Source: Hemiscyllium ocellatum (lineage: Eukaryota). From it: a stretch of 64,000 bases of DNA. Below the pieces are notes generated by a model. That model saw only the letters and a list, made by a program, of their open reading frames with translations. It was not told the origin of the DNA and made no database searches. Each line of letters begins with the position of its first letter. Positions within the stretch are counted from its first letter, which is position 1. The stretch lies in assembly GCF_020745735.1 (NCBI RefSeq), contig NW_026867619.1:62001-126000 (forward strand), read 5' to 3'. The position numbers and the translations under genes were made by a program. Positions 26,746-39,519 of the stretch are shown here, piece after piece.

Positions 26746-27031
26746 CTGAACCCTTTTGGGCAATGGATATTTGACAGTGATTTTTAGAAAGTTAACTGCT
26801 GTTGCAAAATTTGATATAAATGCATGTTGCAAAATAAATTGCAGTAATTCGTTTCATTACAAAACAGCTATAGAGACTGGGAGTGTATCAGTTGGTTGCT
26901 CATAAATCTCCCGCTGCTGATGAAAATGGACTCCACTGACTAGCAAAGGAAGTCCTTTTATAGGGAAACTTCCCTTTGTGGCAGCCCTCTGGTGCTCACT
27001 CTCACCGCTCCCGGTGCTGCTGAAAGTGAAA
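26746..27031 (-). promoter_or_regulatory. Orphan promoter-like module with putative non-coding first exon
   Basis: In minus-strand order: IRF/ISRE core GAAAGTGAAA (27022-27031, read on +), CTCF-like GCACCAGAGGGC (26984-26995), kB-like GGGAAGTTTCCC (26963-26974), TATAAAAG (26955-26962), ETS core AGGAAGT (26947-26953, read on +), Inr TCAGT (26935-26939), donor CAG|GTAAAG at 26746/26745. Confidence 0.4.
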
Positions 27032-27819
27032 TGAGGACTCACAATCAGGTCAACCATGATCTTGTTGAGTGATATATCAGAATTAAATGGACAGCTCAGG
27101 CAACTTATTCGCACAATATTGTTTGTATCCACCTCCTGATTGAGTCACCACCTGTTCCTGCATAACAGGATCCTCGGGACACACTAGCCTCCAGACTTTC
27201 CTCTGTTCAATCTAGAGCTGTCCCATGTTTGTAAATTAGAATTCCTCACCTTGCTTCTGGGTAACAGGCTCGAACAGCTCTATGCTCTCCTGCTTCTCCT
27301 ATGGAATGGAAGTGAGGGATTGAGTGGTCTTTTCTCATGGCTTATAACTTCAATTAACCGAATATCTGTCTCCTGTGTCCATAAACTATTCACAAATTCT
27401 ACATGATGTATTTGTGTATGTTACCGGTATTAATTGAGCAAGCATGCTAACTTGGTGTGCTTTTGCACGACTGAATTCAGAAGCAGAAAGGACCCCCCCC
27501 CCGTTCCGATGTCATAAATTAAAGCAGCAATAGAGACTAAGAGGCACACAGCATGAAAATAGACCCTTCTGTCCAAGTCGTCATGATAACGAGAAATCGC
27601 AGACTAATGTATTCCCATTTGCAAGCACTTGGTCCATATCCCTCGAAACATTTTGTATTCATATACCATCTCATTGTCTTTTAAATGTAGGAATTTGAAC
27701 AGTGGGCACAACCTCTTCTGGTAGCTCAAGCGACATGTAGACGACCCTCTGTGTGAAATATGGTTCCCTTACGTCCATTTAAATTATTGGTCTCGCTGGT
27801 ATTCTTATATATAGAAGAG

Positions 27820-28170
27820 GAACGACAAAACATCAATTGGGAAAATATATCCAGTCTCAGACATGCCAAACAGAGACAGGCACGAGAATTTCCGAGAAGC
27901 ATGGCATTCCAACCAGAATCAACCAACACATTGAGTTAGACCCGACTTACCATTCCCTGTGGAAAAGAACAAGAAAACGACATCACGTTACGAAATGACA
28001 CTGCAAAGGCAAATGACATCACCAACCCAAATAATCGCAAACGTACAAATAGAAAGCAAGAAACATCAGCAGTGGTTCAACCAGATGTGCACTGTAAATG
28101 TTACCTAATATGGTGATGAAACGACTGAAAGTGCAACTTCCAGCTCAGTGAGGGAACCTACATCTAAAAT
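27820..28170 (+). mobile_element. Penelope-like family B fragment within older CR1 debris (27530-28600)
   Basis: gccaaacagagacaggcacgagaatttcc..gcatggcattc; degenerate hammerhead near 28089-28128. Confidence 0.7.
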
Positions 28171-28604
28171 CTAAATCCTGTATTATTGACTCTCCGATTC
28201 GGGGGTAGAGATCTTGAGTAATCCCATTACCTATTCCCTTCATGCTTTTATAAACGTCTATCAGGTCACTCTTAAGCCTCAACACTCCAGGGAAACAGCC
28301 TCAGCATATTGAAAACCTCCCTGTAGCTAAACCCACCCACACCCCTCACCCTCTTAAAAACAGCCATGTATTGCGAATCCTTTCAGCACCCTTTCAAGTT
28401 TAACACCTGCATTCCTGTAGCAGGGACAGCAGTAACAAAGGCAGTATTACAAAATTGCCTGAAACAATGTCCTGTACAGCTGCAACATCCCATCCAAATT
28501 TTTTCATCAAAACACTGAACAATATAACAAATATACCAAAGGCCTTCTTCACTACCGTGTCTACCTGTTACGGCACATTCAAGGAAATGTCAACATGCAC
28601 CACA

Positions 28605-28945
28605 AGGAGGTACAATGGCTCAGTGTTTAGCATTGCTGCCTCACAGCGCAGGGATGGGTTGTCACTCCATGCTGAGATGATTGTCTGGTGGATTTCGCAC
28701 ATTCACACCGTCTCTGTGTGGGTTCCCTCTGCATGCTTCACTTTCACTCCACAGTCTAAAGAGGTGCACGTCAGCGTGGGTTGGCGAGGCAAAATTGCCC
28801 AAAATGCCCATGGATTTGCAAATGAGGTGGATTCGCTTGGGAAATACAGCGTCAGAGAAATAGGGTAGGGGTCTGTCAGGTGAGATACTCGCCCGAGGGT
28901 CGACGTGGACTCGATGGGCCAAATGGCCTTTCTCTATACAATAGC
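28605..28945 (+). mobile_element. Old V-SINE copy
   Basis: tggctcagtgtttagcattgctgcctcacagcgc head and degenerate V domain. Confidence 0.7.
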
Positions 28946-28959
28946 GATTCTACCAGTTC

Positions 28960-31900
28960 TATTATTACGCTCGACAGGAGTCTAGCTTTACGTCTTGTAC
29001 TGACTTGTCTTGTAAAAATGCAAAAACTCGCATTTATCTACAAGAAAAACTGAATCGGTCATTCCTCACCTAATTAAGGTCCCATTGTAATCTAAGGTAA
29101 CCTTCTATGCTATTGACCACACCAAGAATTTTGGGATCACCGGCAAACCTACTAAGTATAGATCATATTATCAAATTCAAATGATTTGTATATGTGACAA
29201 AATAGAGAGGACCCACTACCGAATCTTGCAGCATGAAACTTATCACAGGTCTCCAGGCTAATAAAGACAAATCCACCCTCACACTCTGTCTCCAACTTTC
29301 AAAATAATTCTGCATCCAAATTGCTGGCTCTCCCTTCATTCCACCTTGCAATCTAACAGTTTACCATGTGGAATATTCCTGGATATCTTACAGAATTCCA
29401 TAAAGATAATGCCCACTGCCCTGCCCTCACCGATCTTCTTTTCACTTCCATAAATTCCACAAAGTTACTGAGATGCAATTTCCCATCTCCAAAGCCCTGT
29501 TCTCTCCTTGTCTTTCTAAGTAAATTTATATTTTCTTTTTCTCAGAATCCTCTGGAACAAATTAGCAAACGTTTATTTCAGGCTCACAGTTCTATTGTTC
29601 ACATTTTCATTACATTATAAAATAATGTCACTGCATTAGCAACCGTTGGTTTGGCAACTCACCCATGGCAATCCACCTTACAAATATACCGGCAAAGGGT
29701 TGAGCAATCACTTCATTCGCTTCCCGAATTTTCTGGGATAAAACTGATCGAATGCAGGGATTTATGATCTTTTATGTGTTTTCACATGTACAGCACTTCT
29801 TCTTGATTATCCCCTTTTGCAAGATATCACAATATATGTCTCCACGTTTGCTCACTTTTACAGCCAAATCCACAGGAAACACCGAGGTGAAATACTCGTT
29901 CAGTATCTCACCCTTCTCCTGGGCTCCACACAGGTCCATCATTTCAGACTTGCTGAACTTTAAGGGGTGATATGCGATCTGTAGTTAATCTTCTGCTGCA
30001 AATGTACTTGCAGAATTTGATTAATGCATTGTTCACACTATTTCCAAAGGCTTTTCATGTCCCCATTTTTTTCAGATCTGATTTCCACCGTGACTGTACA
30101 TCTACTAACCTTATTATCTTCTCGGGATACATTCGATCCCATCCGGGTTTACGTTGCATGTGGCTCCATCGTTTCCTTGATGAAGTATCAATATCGCTGT
30201 GGAGATAGAACAAAGAACAGTACCACGCAGAGCAAGCCCTTCGGCCCTCGATTTTGCACCGATCTGTGAACTATTCTCAGCTCGTCCCTGTACGTTTGCC
30301 CAAAATCACCCATGTGATTATCTAAGGATTGCTAAGATCTCCTCATGTCGCTGAGTTGACTACATTAGCCGGGAGGCCATTCCACGCCCTAAACAAAGTC
30401 TGCGTTAAGAACCTGCCGGAAACAGCTGTCATAAATCCATCACCCCTCAATTTGTAGTTATGCCCCCTCGTACATGCTAACGGCAACATCCTATGAAAAA
30501 GACTTGCACTGATGAGCCTATCTAATCCTCGGATCATCTTGTATGTCTATCAAATCCCGTCTTAGCCTTCTTCCTGCCAATAAGAACATGTTCAAGTCTC
30601 TCAGCCTTTCCTCATAGGGCTTTCCGTCCAGACCAGCCAACATCCTAGTAAATCTCCTCTGAACGTATTGCAATGCTTCCACATCCTTCCCGAAATAAAG
30701 GGTCTAGAACTGTACACAATATATCCAAGTGTGGCCGCACCAGCGTTTTGTATAGTTGCAGCATAATATTGCGGCTCCAGAACTCAATCTCTCTGTGAAT
30801 GAAACCGAAGGCACTCTATGCCCACCTGGGTGCCAACATTCAAGGATCTATGGACTCCAAGATCCCTCTGCAAATCAACACGACCAAGAATCATTCCACT
30901 GACTCAGTACACTGCCTTCCTGTCATCCTTCCCAAAGTGCATCACCTAACATTTAGCTGCAATGAACTCCATTTGGCACCTCTCAGCCCAATTCTGCAGT
31001 TTATCGAAGTCCCCATGCAACCTGTAACATTTTTCCACACTGTCCACTACTCCACCGATTTTAGTGTCGTCTGCAAATTTACGAATCCATCCATCTATGC
31101 GTATGTCTAAGTCATTTATAATAATAACAAACATCAGTGGTCCCAAAACAGATCTTTGTTGAACAGCGCTATTAACTGGACTCCAGGCTGAATATTTTCC
31201 ATCAAACCCCACTCTCTGCCTGCTTTCAGAAAGCTAGTTTCTAATTCAAACTGCTAAATCACCCTCAATTCTATGCCTCTGCAGTTTCTCCAACAGCCTA
31301 CCATGTGAAAACTTACCAAAGGTTTTACTGTAGTTCATGTATGTTACATCAATTGCCATACCCTCATCTAGATGCTTGGTCACCTTCTCTAAAACCTCAA
31401 TGAGGTTTGTGAGACACGACCTGCCCTTAATAAAACCACGTTGACTATCTAAAATCAAATTATGGCTTGCTGGATGATTATAAATCTTATCTCTTATAAT
31501 AATTTCTAAAATGTTTCCTACTAAGGCTCACAGGTCTATAAGTACCTGGGTCATCTCTACTGTGTTTATTGAACAAGGGCACAACACTTACAATCCTCCA
31601 GTCCTCTGATACCAAACCTATAGATAATGAGACTCAAATGTCAAAGACAAAGGCTCTGCTATCTCCTCCTTAGCTTCCCAACGAATCCGCGGATAAATCC
31701 CATCTGCTCCAGGGGACTTGTTTACTTTCACTTCTTCTAGAATTGATAACACCAGTCCGTAACTAACATCGATCCTTTCTCGTCGAATATAGAGCATCTC
31801 ATTCTTCTCATCTACAATATTATCCTATTCCTGATTGAAAACCAATGAGAAATGTTCCTTTAGCATATTTCCGATCTCCACAGGGAGCACACTCAATTTC

Positions 31901-32265
31901 CCACTTCTGTCTTTGATTTGGTCTATCCCTACCCTAAACATCCTTTTATTCCTCACTTAGCTATAGAAATCTTTAGGGTTCTCCTTTATTCCATTTGCTG
32001 AAGACTGCACGTGGCCTTTCTGTGATCGTCGGAACTGTCTCCGTTAATCCTTTACAGCTGATCCGTGACTCTCCATCGCCTCATCTGAACCATCTTGACT
32101 CATCAACGCATATGCCTCCTTCTTCTTCTTAACAAGAGATGCAATTTCTGTAGTAAACCACGGTTCCCTTACATTATCACTTCCTCCCTGCCTGACCGGG
32201 CCATACCTGTCAAGGACACGCAATATCTTTTCCTTAAAATAGCTCTACATTTCCATTTTCTGACG
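28960..32265 (-). mobile_element. CR1 ORF2 fragments: an old copy (28960-30200) and a younger copy with its 3' end at ~30205
   Basis: QQRSVLGPLMFVIIINDLD, KFADDTKIGG, GRSCLTNL. Confidence 0.88.
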
Positions 32266-32889
32266 CCCCAATGACGCCCTTTTCTGCATCTCCACTTGTA
32301 CTCACTCACAGTACTGAATACCTTTTACACTCGAAATGTCAAGTTCTCCACCTCCTTAACCTACTCCTCTTGCTATGTTTTCCCGTGGTTCTGCCGTTCT
32401 CCCTTATCCTGAGTAGCTTTGTCAATGCTCTGTGTCAAGCCTCCAAAAGGATTTGATATCGCTGCACTTTATAACAGGATAAGCCTCACAACAACTCTCT
32501 ACATCGTACCCTGGGTGACGGTCTCACGAACAATTCCTTCCAGTCATTTTATGCAGCTTCTCTTTTCTTTTAGTTTTGTCTCCTTTTATAATCTGAATGG
32601 CACACATAGAAGTCTGCCGTATTCTGCCATTACTCCCACATTCAAGGAAGAAGGGTTAAAATGATAGAAAGATCTTGGTGCCGTCTTCAGTCAACCTTAT
32701 ACATTTTATCCAGATCACGTAAATATTTCCTTTTATTGTGGTATGAAAAGCAATGTAAGGAAGGGGTTAACTGACTCTGTTTGTTCGCCGACTGTGAGTA
32801 ATGTCATCTCCATGGATTTCGCGAATCACATTGGAATGTTCCCATCTTTTAATGATAAGTAGGCTCCATTCAATGTGTTATGCCATAGT

Positions 32890-33205
32890 ATGAGTGCAAG
32901 CATCACAATAACAGGGATCAGCAGCTCCAGAGTGTCGGGGAAGAGATATCAGAACCTGAGAACATTAGATTCGAATCTTCCATCTATGGATCAGAATCTA
33001 AGAACAACAGATTGGCATGTTTCAACAATGGATAAGAATCTGAGAACAATGGACTGGAATGTTCCAACAATAGAAAGGAGTTTATCCGATTATATTTGGG
33101 CTCTTTCAACATACTATTGGTTGTCTTTATCCTTGTACATCTACTATGTTCTTTGCATTATTCAACATTTTTATTATCCTATCCTGGCTATCGTTGGTGT
33201 CCCTG
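32890..33205 (+). CDS. GPR139/GPR142-like GPCR gene B, coding exon 1 (repeat-containing N-terminus plus start of TM1)
   Basis: Frame ends ...QHFYYPILAIVGVP G|gtaagt at 33205/33206, phase 1. Start is uncertain: in-frame ATGs at 32890, 32986, 33028 and 33049. Confidence 0.85.
32947..33072 (+). repeat. Coding 21-nt (7-aa) tandem repeat x6 in the gene B N-terminus
   Basis: YQNLRTL / DSNLPSM / DQNLRTT / DWHVSTM / DKNLRTM / DWNVPTI; alternating units give a 42-nt higher-order period. Confidence 0.85.
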
Positions 33206-34329
33206 GTAAGTCTGCCTGTCCAGATATTATTGCTTAAAACCAATTATGACTGTAATACAGTTCTTTCATTTGCTCCCTACTCCTTGCCACAATTATTGTT
33301 CCTTCTGATACTCTGAATACCAATATGCAATTTATAAGCCACGACTAACTGCATCAGTGAAATGGTTCGTTCACTGTCTCCCACTTTGCTTCTGGCATTG
33401 TCCCTAATCGGACACTCTGTTGACCTACTCATTTTCTGTTGTAAACAACGATGAATTGTATGCTCTTTATGTTTAATGATCGGAAAAATGGAGATCACTG
33501 TCTTCTGTTCTGTTCAAAAAATCATTTTCTTTTTCTCTGAACCCATTGCTGGCGAATATCTGAGGCTGAGACAGATGAGTCACAAATGTGATGATCCCTT
33601 TGGTCGTGAGCTGATCCCTGATTCCATACCCTCACCATTTTAAATTATAACTATGAGAACATACAGAATATACTTCACTTGCACTTGCTATTTGTTGTTT
33701 GATCCTCGAACTATGTAATGCACTTTCAATAATGCCAACGATCTACTGCCGACATTCCTAGCTTCAAATCTGCAGAAGCGAATCTGAGTCCATACTTCAC
33801 ATTTGCATCCTTATTTGCACACTGATTTATACATTAATTGGAACTGCCAATGCCTTTATTTTCACATTCTCAATCACTTGACCTTGTCTATCCATTAATC
33901 GTCCCTCAGTCTTTTTCCATCGATATTCCGTACCCCTGCCAATTGTTCACATTCAACGTGATTTCCACAGAGTGTAATCTCTATTAAAGAATTAATATCA
34001 CATTGGATGATCCCAGTGCGCAAGAACGCACGCATGGCATCACACAAACATTCCCTTGTGCTGTTCAAATTGAGATTTCGAGACATAAATTTGTGGAAAG
34101 CCCATTTAATGTGTCTCAGAGAAAGAGCAGCATATCTATCGGGCAGGACAATCATCTGAAGTCCGGTTACTCCCTATATGCTTGGAAAGGATTACAATTC
34201 TCCCCAGACTGGACAGATAGTCCTCTTCATTGGGCAAAACACGAACGTCGTCGGCACAGCGCTCCATGCTGGTTGGTTAATAACACACGGAAGTCCCTTG
34301 ATTCCCATGACGTTTGAACATCTTACTTA

Positions 34330-36200
34330 TGTAAAAATGCTGACACTTGTTTTTAAAAAAATGTTCCTTTGTTTAAAACTTTTTTGAAGGATAGTCCTTA
34401 AGACGGGGTGCCGGCCGTCTGCAGAAAGTGGCAGAAGGTTTATTTTTTAAAGGTGACAACAATGAAAGGAGCGGCCAAATCTTACAGACCAGGCTTTCCA
34501 ATTTTTCATTCAGTCAGCAGGTGCATGGGTTCCAGAAGGTTTGGTAGTTTTAGTGAATGACAGCTTTCTGCTATTCTCTCCGAAATCTGTCTTACAGCTG
34601 TTTCCCCCTGAATTGGATACCTGCATGTAATAATGAAGGCCTGAATTTGCTTTTTTGGCAAGTGGTGTGTTTGTGGTATTTGACTATATTGGAACACTTA
34701 ATTATTAGAAAGCACCGTAGATATTATTCGTTTAAGTTTTCCAACAGTTAGATGATTCTAATTTATTATTAATTTTGTTTATATTTTATAAGAGTTTTAC
34801 AACAGTTATTTTGAGTGGTTTGGCCAGTCGAAACACATCTGGAACAAGCACCTTAAGAATAAGAAAAGTTTGGTGTTTAGGCGACCTGCTTAAAGGCAGG
34901 CTGTTTGGTCCACAGCAAACTGGGGACTCTTGTCCGATTCTAAATCGATAATTCCAAGTTGTGATTAGAATTGTACAGCTTAGAGGCAGAGTGTTGGTCC
35001 TCAGATGCTGCCTGCCTGTTGTGATTTCCCAGCACATTGTCGACACTGTGTAGTCATGGCTTGCTCAGTAACATGTAGTGGATTCGAAGTGGAAAGAGTG
35101 ACCTTCGGGGTTTCACGAAAGCTGACCAAGTCAAGGCTGTTAGAATTGGCGACAAGATGGCTTGGGGCCACATTCGGGTGTGCGAAAAGGAGAGCTAATT
35201 ACAGTTATGTCTCAGCATTTAAATTTGAGGGATATGCCATCGCAATCTTCGAAAATGTTGAAATTCAATACAGATGAAACAAGTGTTCATGAAACTGAGT
35301 TAAATCAGTTAGAATTCTGATAAAACTCTGATTTAAAGGACAGAAGAAAGAACGAGAACGAGAGAAAGAAGAAAGAGAGTGGAAAACAGAGAAAAAGCAG
35401 GAAGAGGGAGTTTGTTCTTCAAAAGTTGGCAATTAGGGTGGAAAGCCAACTTAAAAGGGGGAGATGAAGGTCGAAGTTTAGCTGAGTGAGGACAATGTTG
35501 AGGACAGCAAAACCATCGTAGTCAACGGTTTAATGGGGACCTGATTAAATATATTTAAGTTTTGCCTAAATTTGATGAGAAGGATGTCGAAGCCTTTCTT
35601 CATTTCATTTTAAAATGCGATTAAACAAATGCTGTATCCATTGTCTATGTGGATGTGTTTGTTCTAAACAAAGCTGGTGAATAGAGCTCGTGATGTAATT
35701 TCATCACGATCAGAGGAGGTATCAGGGGAGTATGAGGACGTGAATAAAACTATCTTTCGGGCATCTGAAGTTCTGCCAGAAGCCAGCAGACAAAGTTTTG
35801 AGGAATCTAATGAGGGACTCGGGATAAATGTGCATAGACTTTAAAAGAATCATACAAACGAAGTTTGATAGGTGGATATGGGAATTGAAGATTGATCAAG
35901 TTTATAACACTATAATTTTGGAGGTGTTCAAAAATTCAGTTCCTATGTTGAAGAGAAATCATATGGAAGAGCAGAGATTTAAAATGACAAGATTAGAAGC
36001 TGGCGTGGCTGCTGATAATGAGTTGGACCATAAATAAAAGTTTGGCTTCTCTGAGGGATTGCGAAGAATGTGTGAGATCTTAATATAGCTTACTTATGAG
36101 AGTAAGGTTTACTGAAATAGGCCGCGAGCGGCAGGTAAAGAGGTTACAATATTAGGAGGTGCAAAGGCTTGTAAATCTTGGAAGCTGAGACATAAAGAGA
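34330..36200 (+). mobile_element. Gmr1-like Gypsy 5' remnant: probable LTR (~34330-34917), degenerate PBS, gag
   Basis: tggggactcttgtccg at 34921-34936 resembles the tRNA-Pro PBS TGGGGGCTCGTCCGGGAT. gag cctaaatttgatgagaaggatgtcgaagccttt (PKFDEKDVEAF) and FDRWIWELKIDQ..FKNSVP are homologous to the gag at 10100-11220. Confidence 0.75.
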
Positions 36201-39027
36201 TACGTCATTCAGAAGGATGATTGGCGGAATCAACTCTCAATTACGTAAAGTGAGGTTGGAGTCTTTGGAGAAATCTTCAACAGAAATATCCCACATTTGA
36301 GAAGAAAACCTTCAGTTTGGTGTTGGTATTAAAGGAGTAAATATCCAGTCTGTTTAGATATAGCATAGTATTGCCACCATTTTTAAATGCAGCATCCAGA
36401 AGCTGCTGAGGATCCCAGCAGGTTTGGCAGCTTCAATACATGATCCCAGCGCCTATTCTCTCCGAGATCGCTCTTGATGTTATTTCCTCATGCACTCGAG
36501 AAACACACACAAGAATCTGTGCTCGAAATTACCTTTCATCAATGGTTTGTTTATTATATGTTACTGTATAAGAATAGTTAATTCGTAAAATTTACTGTAC
36601 CTCTTGCATGTGTTAGAGTTCCATTATATAAGCGATTCCATGTTGTTCTTGACTTTATTGATATTTTAACTAGAGTGTTTAAATAGATTATATTTCGCAT
36701 CAGGTAGAGTGATTTAACGATTTGCAACAAGTTATAAACACCCACTTCACGGCTACTTTTACACAACGGGGAAAAAATATAATGTTGAGGCGACGTTTGT
36801 AACATATCTTGAGAAGGCTGCCAAATCCATAACACTTGTACCTAACGGATTTCGGATGAACGTCTGTTATTGAGGAGTTTGTGGAGGTGCTGGGGATTGT
36901 TTCCCAGAGGTTTTGCTGTGAGCTATCGTCGACATTTAGCGAGACCTGAGGATTCAGTGACCCCCTTTAGATGGAACATTGGGACTGTAATTACACCATA
37001 AAAGTCTGTAAAATGAAGAACAAATGGAGCAGAGGTTGCACAAAGTGGGGAACTCTGAAACAATTGAGTAATTGTAATTGCAGAGATATCTCTGCCCGAG
37101 TTACCCCGTGTTTTGCAATTACAACTTGCAAAAGCTAGACTTAACCCAAGACCAGATTGTGAGGGCACCCACTTAGAACAAGGAACTAGTCATAGAGCGG
37201 TGTCACCTTCTTAACAAGTCCTGCAACATCACACCATGGGGACGACAATGCTGCCAAACTTCATGGGATCCCAGTTCCATTCAGCTTCTATCATGCAGAA
37301 GTTAGGAGTTGGTTACATCTTCATCATCTGCCCGTCTGTCGACATCAGTGTCACCTTTCAGTTGCGGAGGGTGTATATGGTTGAAGAGGTGAAAACTATA
37401 TTTTCTCCCTCAATCGGGGATCTGTTGCGTTTATCCTAGTTTTGCAGTATAGTGGGATTCCCGATGATGTACTTGGCTCTGCGGTGTCCCTACATGAATG
37501 GGGAGTGGTAGAGAAATTAATGGAACTCTCACTCTATTAATATTGCAGTGAGGGCATGCATAGTACAACATGTTGTTGAATACCCATGTCCTGGCAGCAG
37601 ACACAGTCTTTCCATTCAGACGAAGTCAGTTATTCCAGTTTTCGATTCGGCACGTAGAAAGAAAAGATGGCATCTTGGATCATGGCTCGTACCCCTTGCT
37701 CTTGATAGATGGCTGAAAACAAACTCTCCGTCTTATTTCGCCAATTCTAACCAACCACATCAAATTATCCCTTGTGTGCTGAAGGAAATAGGTTCACTGT
37801 GAACATCAGTGAACAGACCATCAGGGTAATGGAGCAGCAATTCCAATGTCTGAAAGGGTCCGAGTGAACGTACCAGTGTATAGTTGAATAGAAAGACTTG
37901 TAATCTCTCTTCTTATTGTCTTCTATTCTTCCTGAAGAAAATGAAAATGGTTATACAACACACAATATTCCACCTGCCCAACTATTTTCCTTTCTCTTTA
38001 TGTCGCTATCAATTTGCAAACTCTACCTTTTCTTGAAAATTTAATTCCCTGCTTGTTTTCGTGTCATCGCCAAATATGATAACACTACATTTATTCCACT
38101 CCTCGAATTCATTGATACTGTAAATAGTTGAGGAACGAGCACTGTTCACTGTTTGATTTAACAGTTTACATTCTGTCAAAAATGTGGAAGACTTTTTTTA
38201 TCCCGTACATTTGCTTCCTGTTGATCAACAGTCCTCCCCTGTTCTTGTGTAATACATTCCAAGGGCTGATTTAGAATGAAGAACATCAATTGGCAATTTA
38301 GACCCTCGAACCTTCTCATTCATTTAATACAGACGTGGCTGATGTTATTTCAGCCACTGTTCCAATTTTTAGTCTGCTCTCCGTGTCACGTCATTTACTC
38401 AATGTCCGAGCATCTATTGCACTCTAGGGCAGTGAATTACTCGATTCTCAACCGTTTGAAAGAAGTAAGTTCTCTCCAGCTCTGCATTAAATCTGCACTG
38501 CCTTACTCTAAATGTCTGCTCTCTTGCTTTATATTGGCCCATATCAGGAAATATCCACTCCATATTAACATCGAAAATCGCCATAAGCATCTCACATCTC
38601 CAATAACATAGTCTCTCATTCATCTAAACTCCAGAGAGCACAGGCCTGAACTGCTCAATCCCACTTCATAAGACAATCTCCTCATCTCTGAAATCAATTC
38701 AGTGAAACGCTTCTGAACTGCTACCAATGCAACTGTGTCCCACCTGCAGTCAAGGCAATAAAACTGTGCCTCACTCCACTTGAGTTTCACTAATGTCTGG
38801 CAGAGTTGCGCCTATTCTACTCCAGTTGCATATTCTATTCTTTAACAAGTAAATGCTGAAATTGCACTTTCCTTTGTCATTCCCTGCGGTACACGAGGTC
38901 ACCCGGATCCCTCAGCATGTATGCACTCTGAAGTTCCTCTCTATTCACACAACAAATTGCCTTTCTATTCCTGTGGGAAATTTTTGACAACTCATAAGTA
39001 TCCACGTTAAACTTAACTTACAAATGT

Positions 39028-39315
39028 TTAGATTAGATTACCTACAGTGTAGAAACGTGCCCTTCGGCCCAACAAGTCCACACAGACCCGGCAAAGCGCA
39101 ACTCACCAGATCCATTCCCATAGATTTTCCCCTTACCTAACACTACGGTCAATTTAGCACGGCCAATTCACCTAACCTGTACATGTTTGAATTGTGGGAG
39201 GAAACCGGAGCACCCGGAGGAAACCCACGCAGAAACGGGGAGAATGTACAAATTCCACACAGGGAGTCGCCTGAGGCGGGAATTGAACCCGGGTTTCTGG
39301 CGCTGTGAGGCAGCG
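39028..39315 (-). mobile_element. V-SINE (HE1-like)
   Basis: Reverse-complement homolog of 12853-13131. Confidence 0.9.
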
Positions 39316-39519
39316 TTGGTTCACTTGTCTGAACTATTTACGTCCATTTGTAAGCATTTTATATCTTCAAGCAATAATCTATTGTCCCACCTATTGTAGT
39401 TTCATCGGAAATTCTAACACAACATCCAAGTTATATATTTGATTACAAAGAGTTGGGGCCCGTGATCTGAAATCTATGCCAGTCCAAAATTTGCCAAACA
39501 TGAAACGATCTATTTATAG

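Noticed and set aside
26790-26857. MKRITAIYFATC.. as a chemokine-like signal-peptide exon
   Set aside because: The frame stops after 21 codons, before the donor, and I found no downstream Cys-motif exon.
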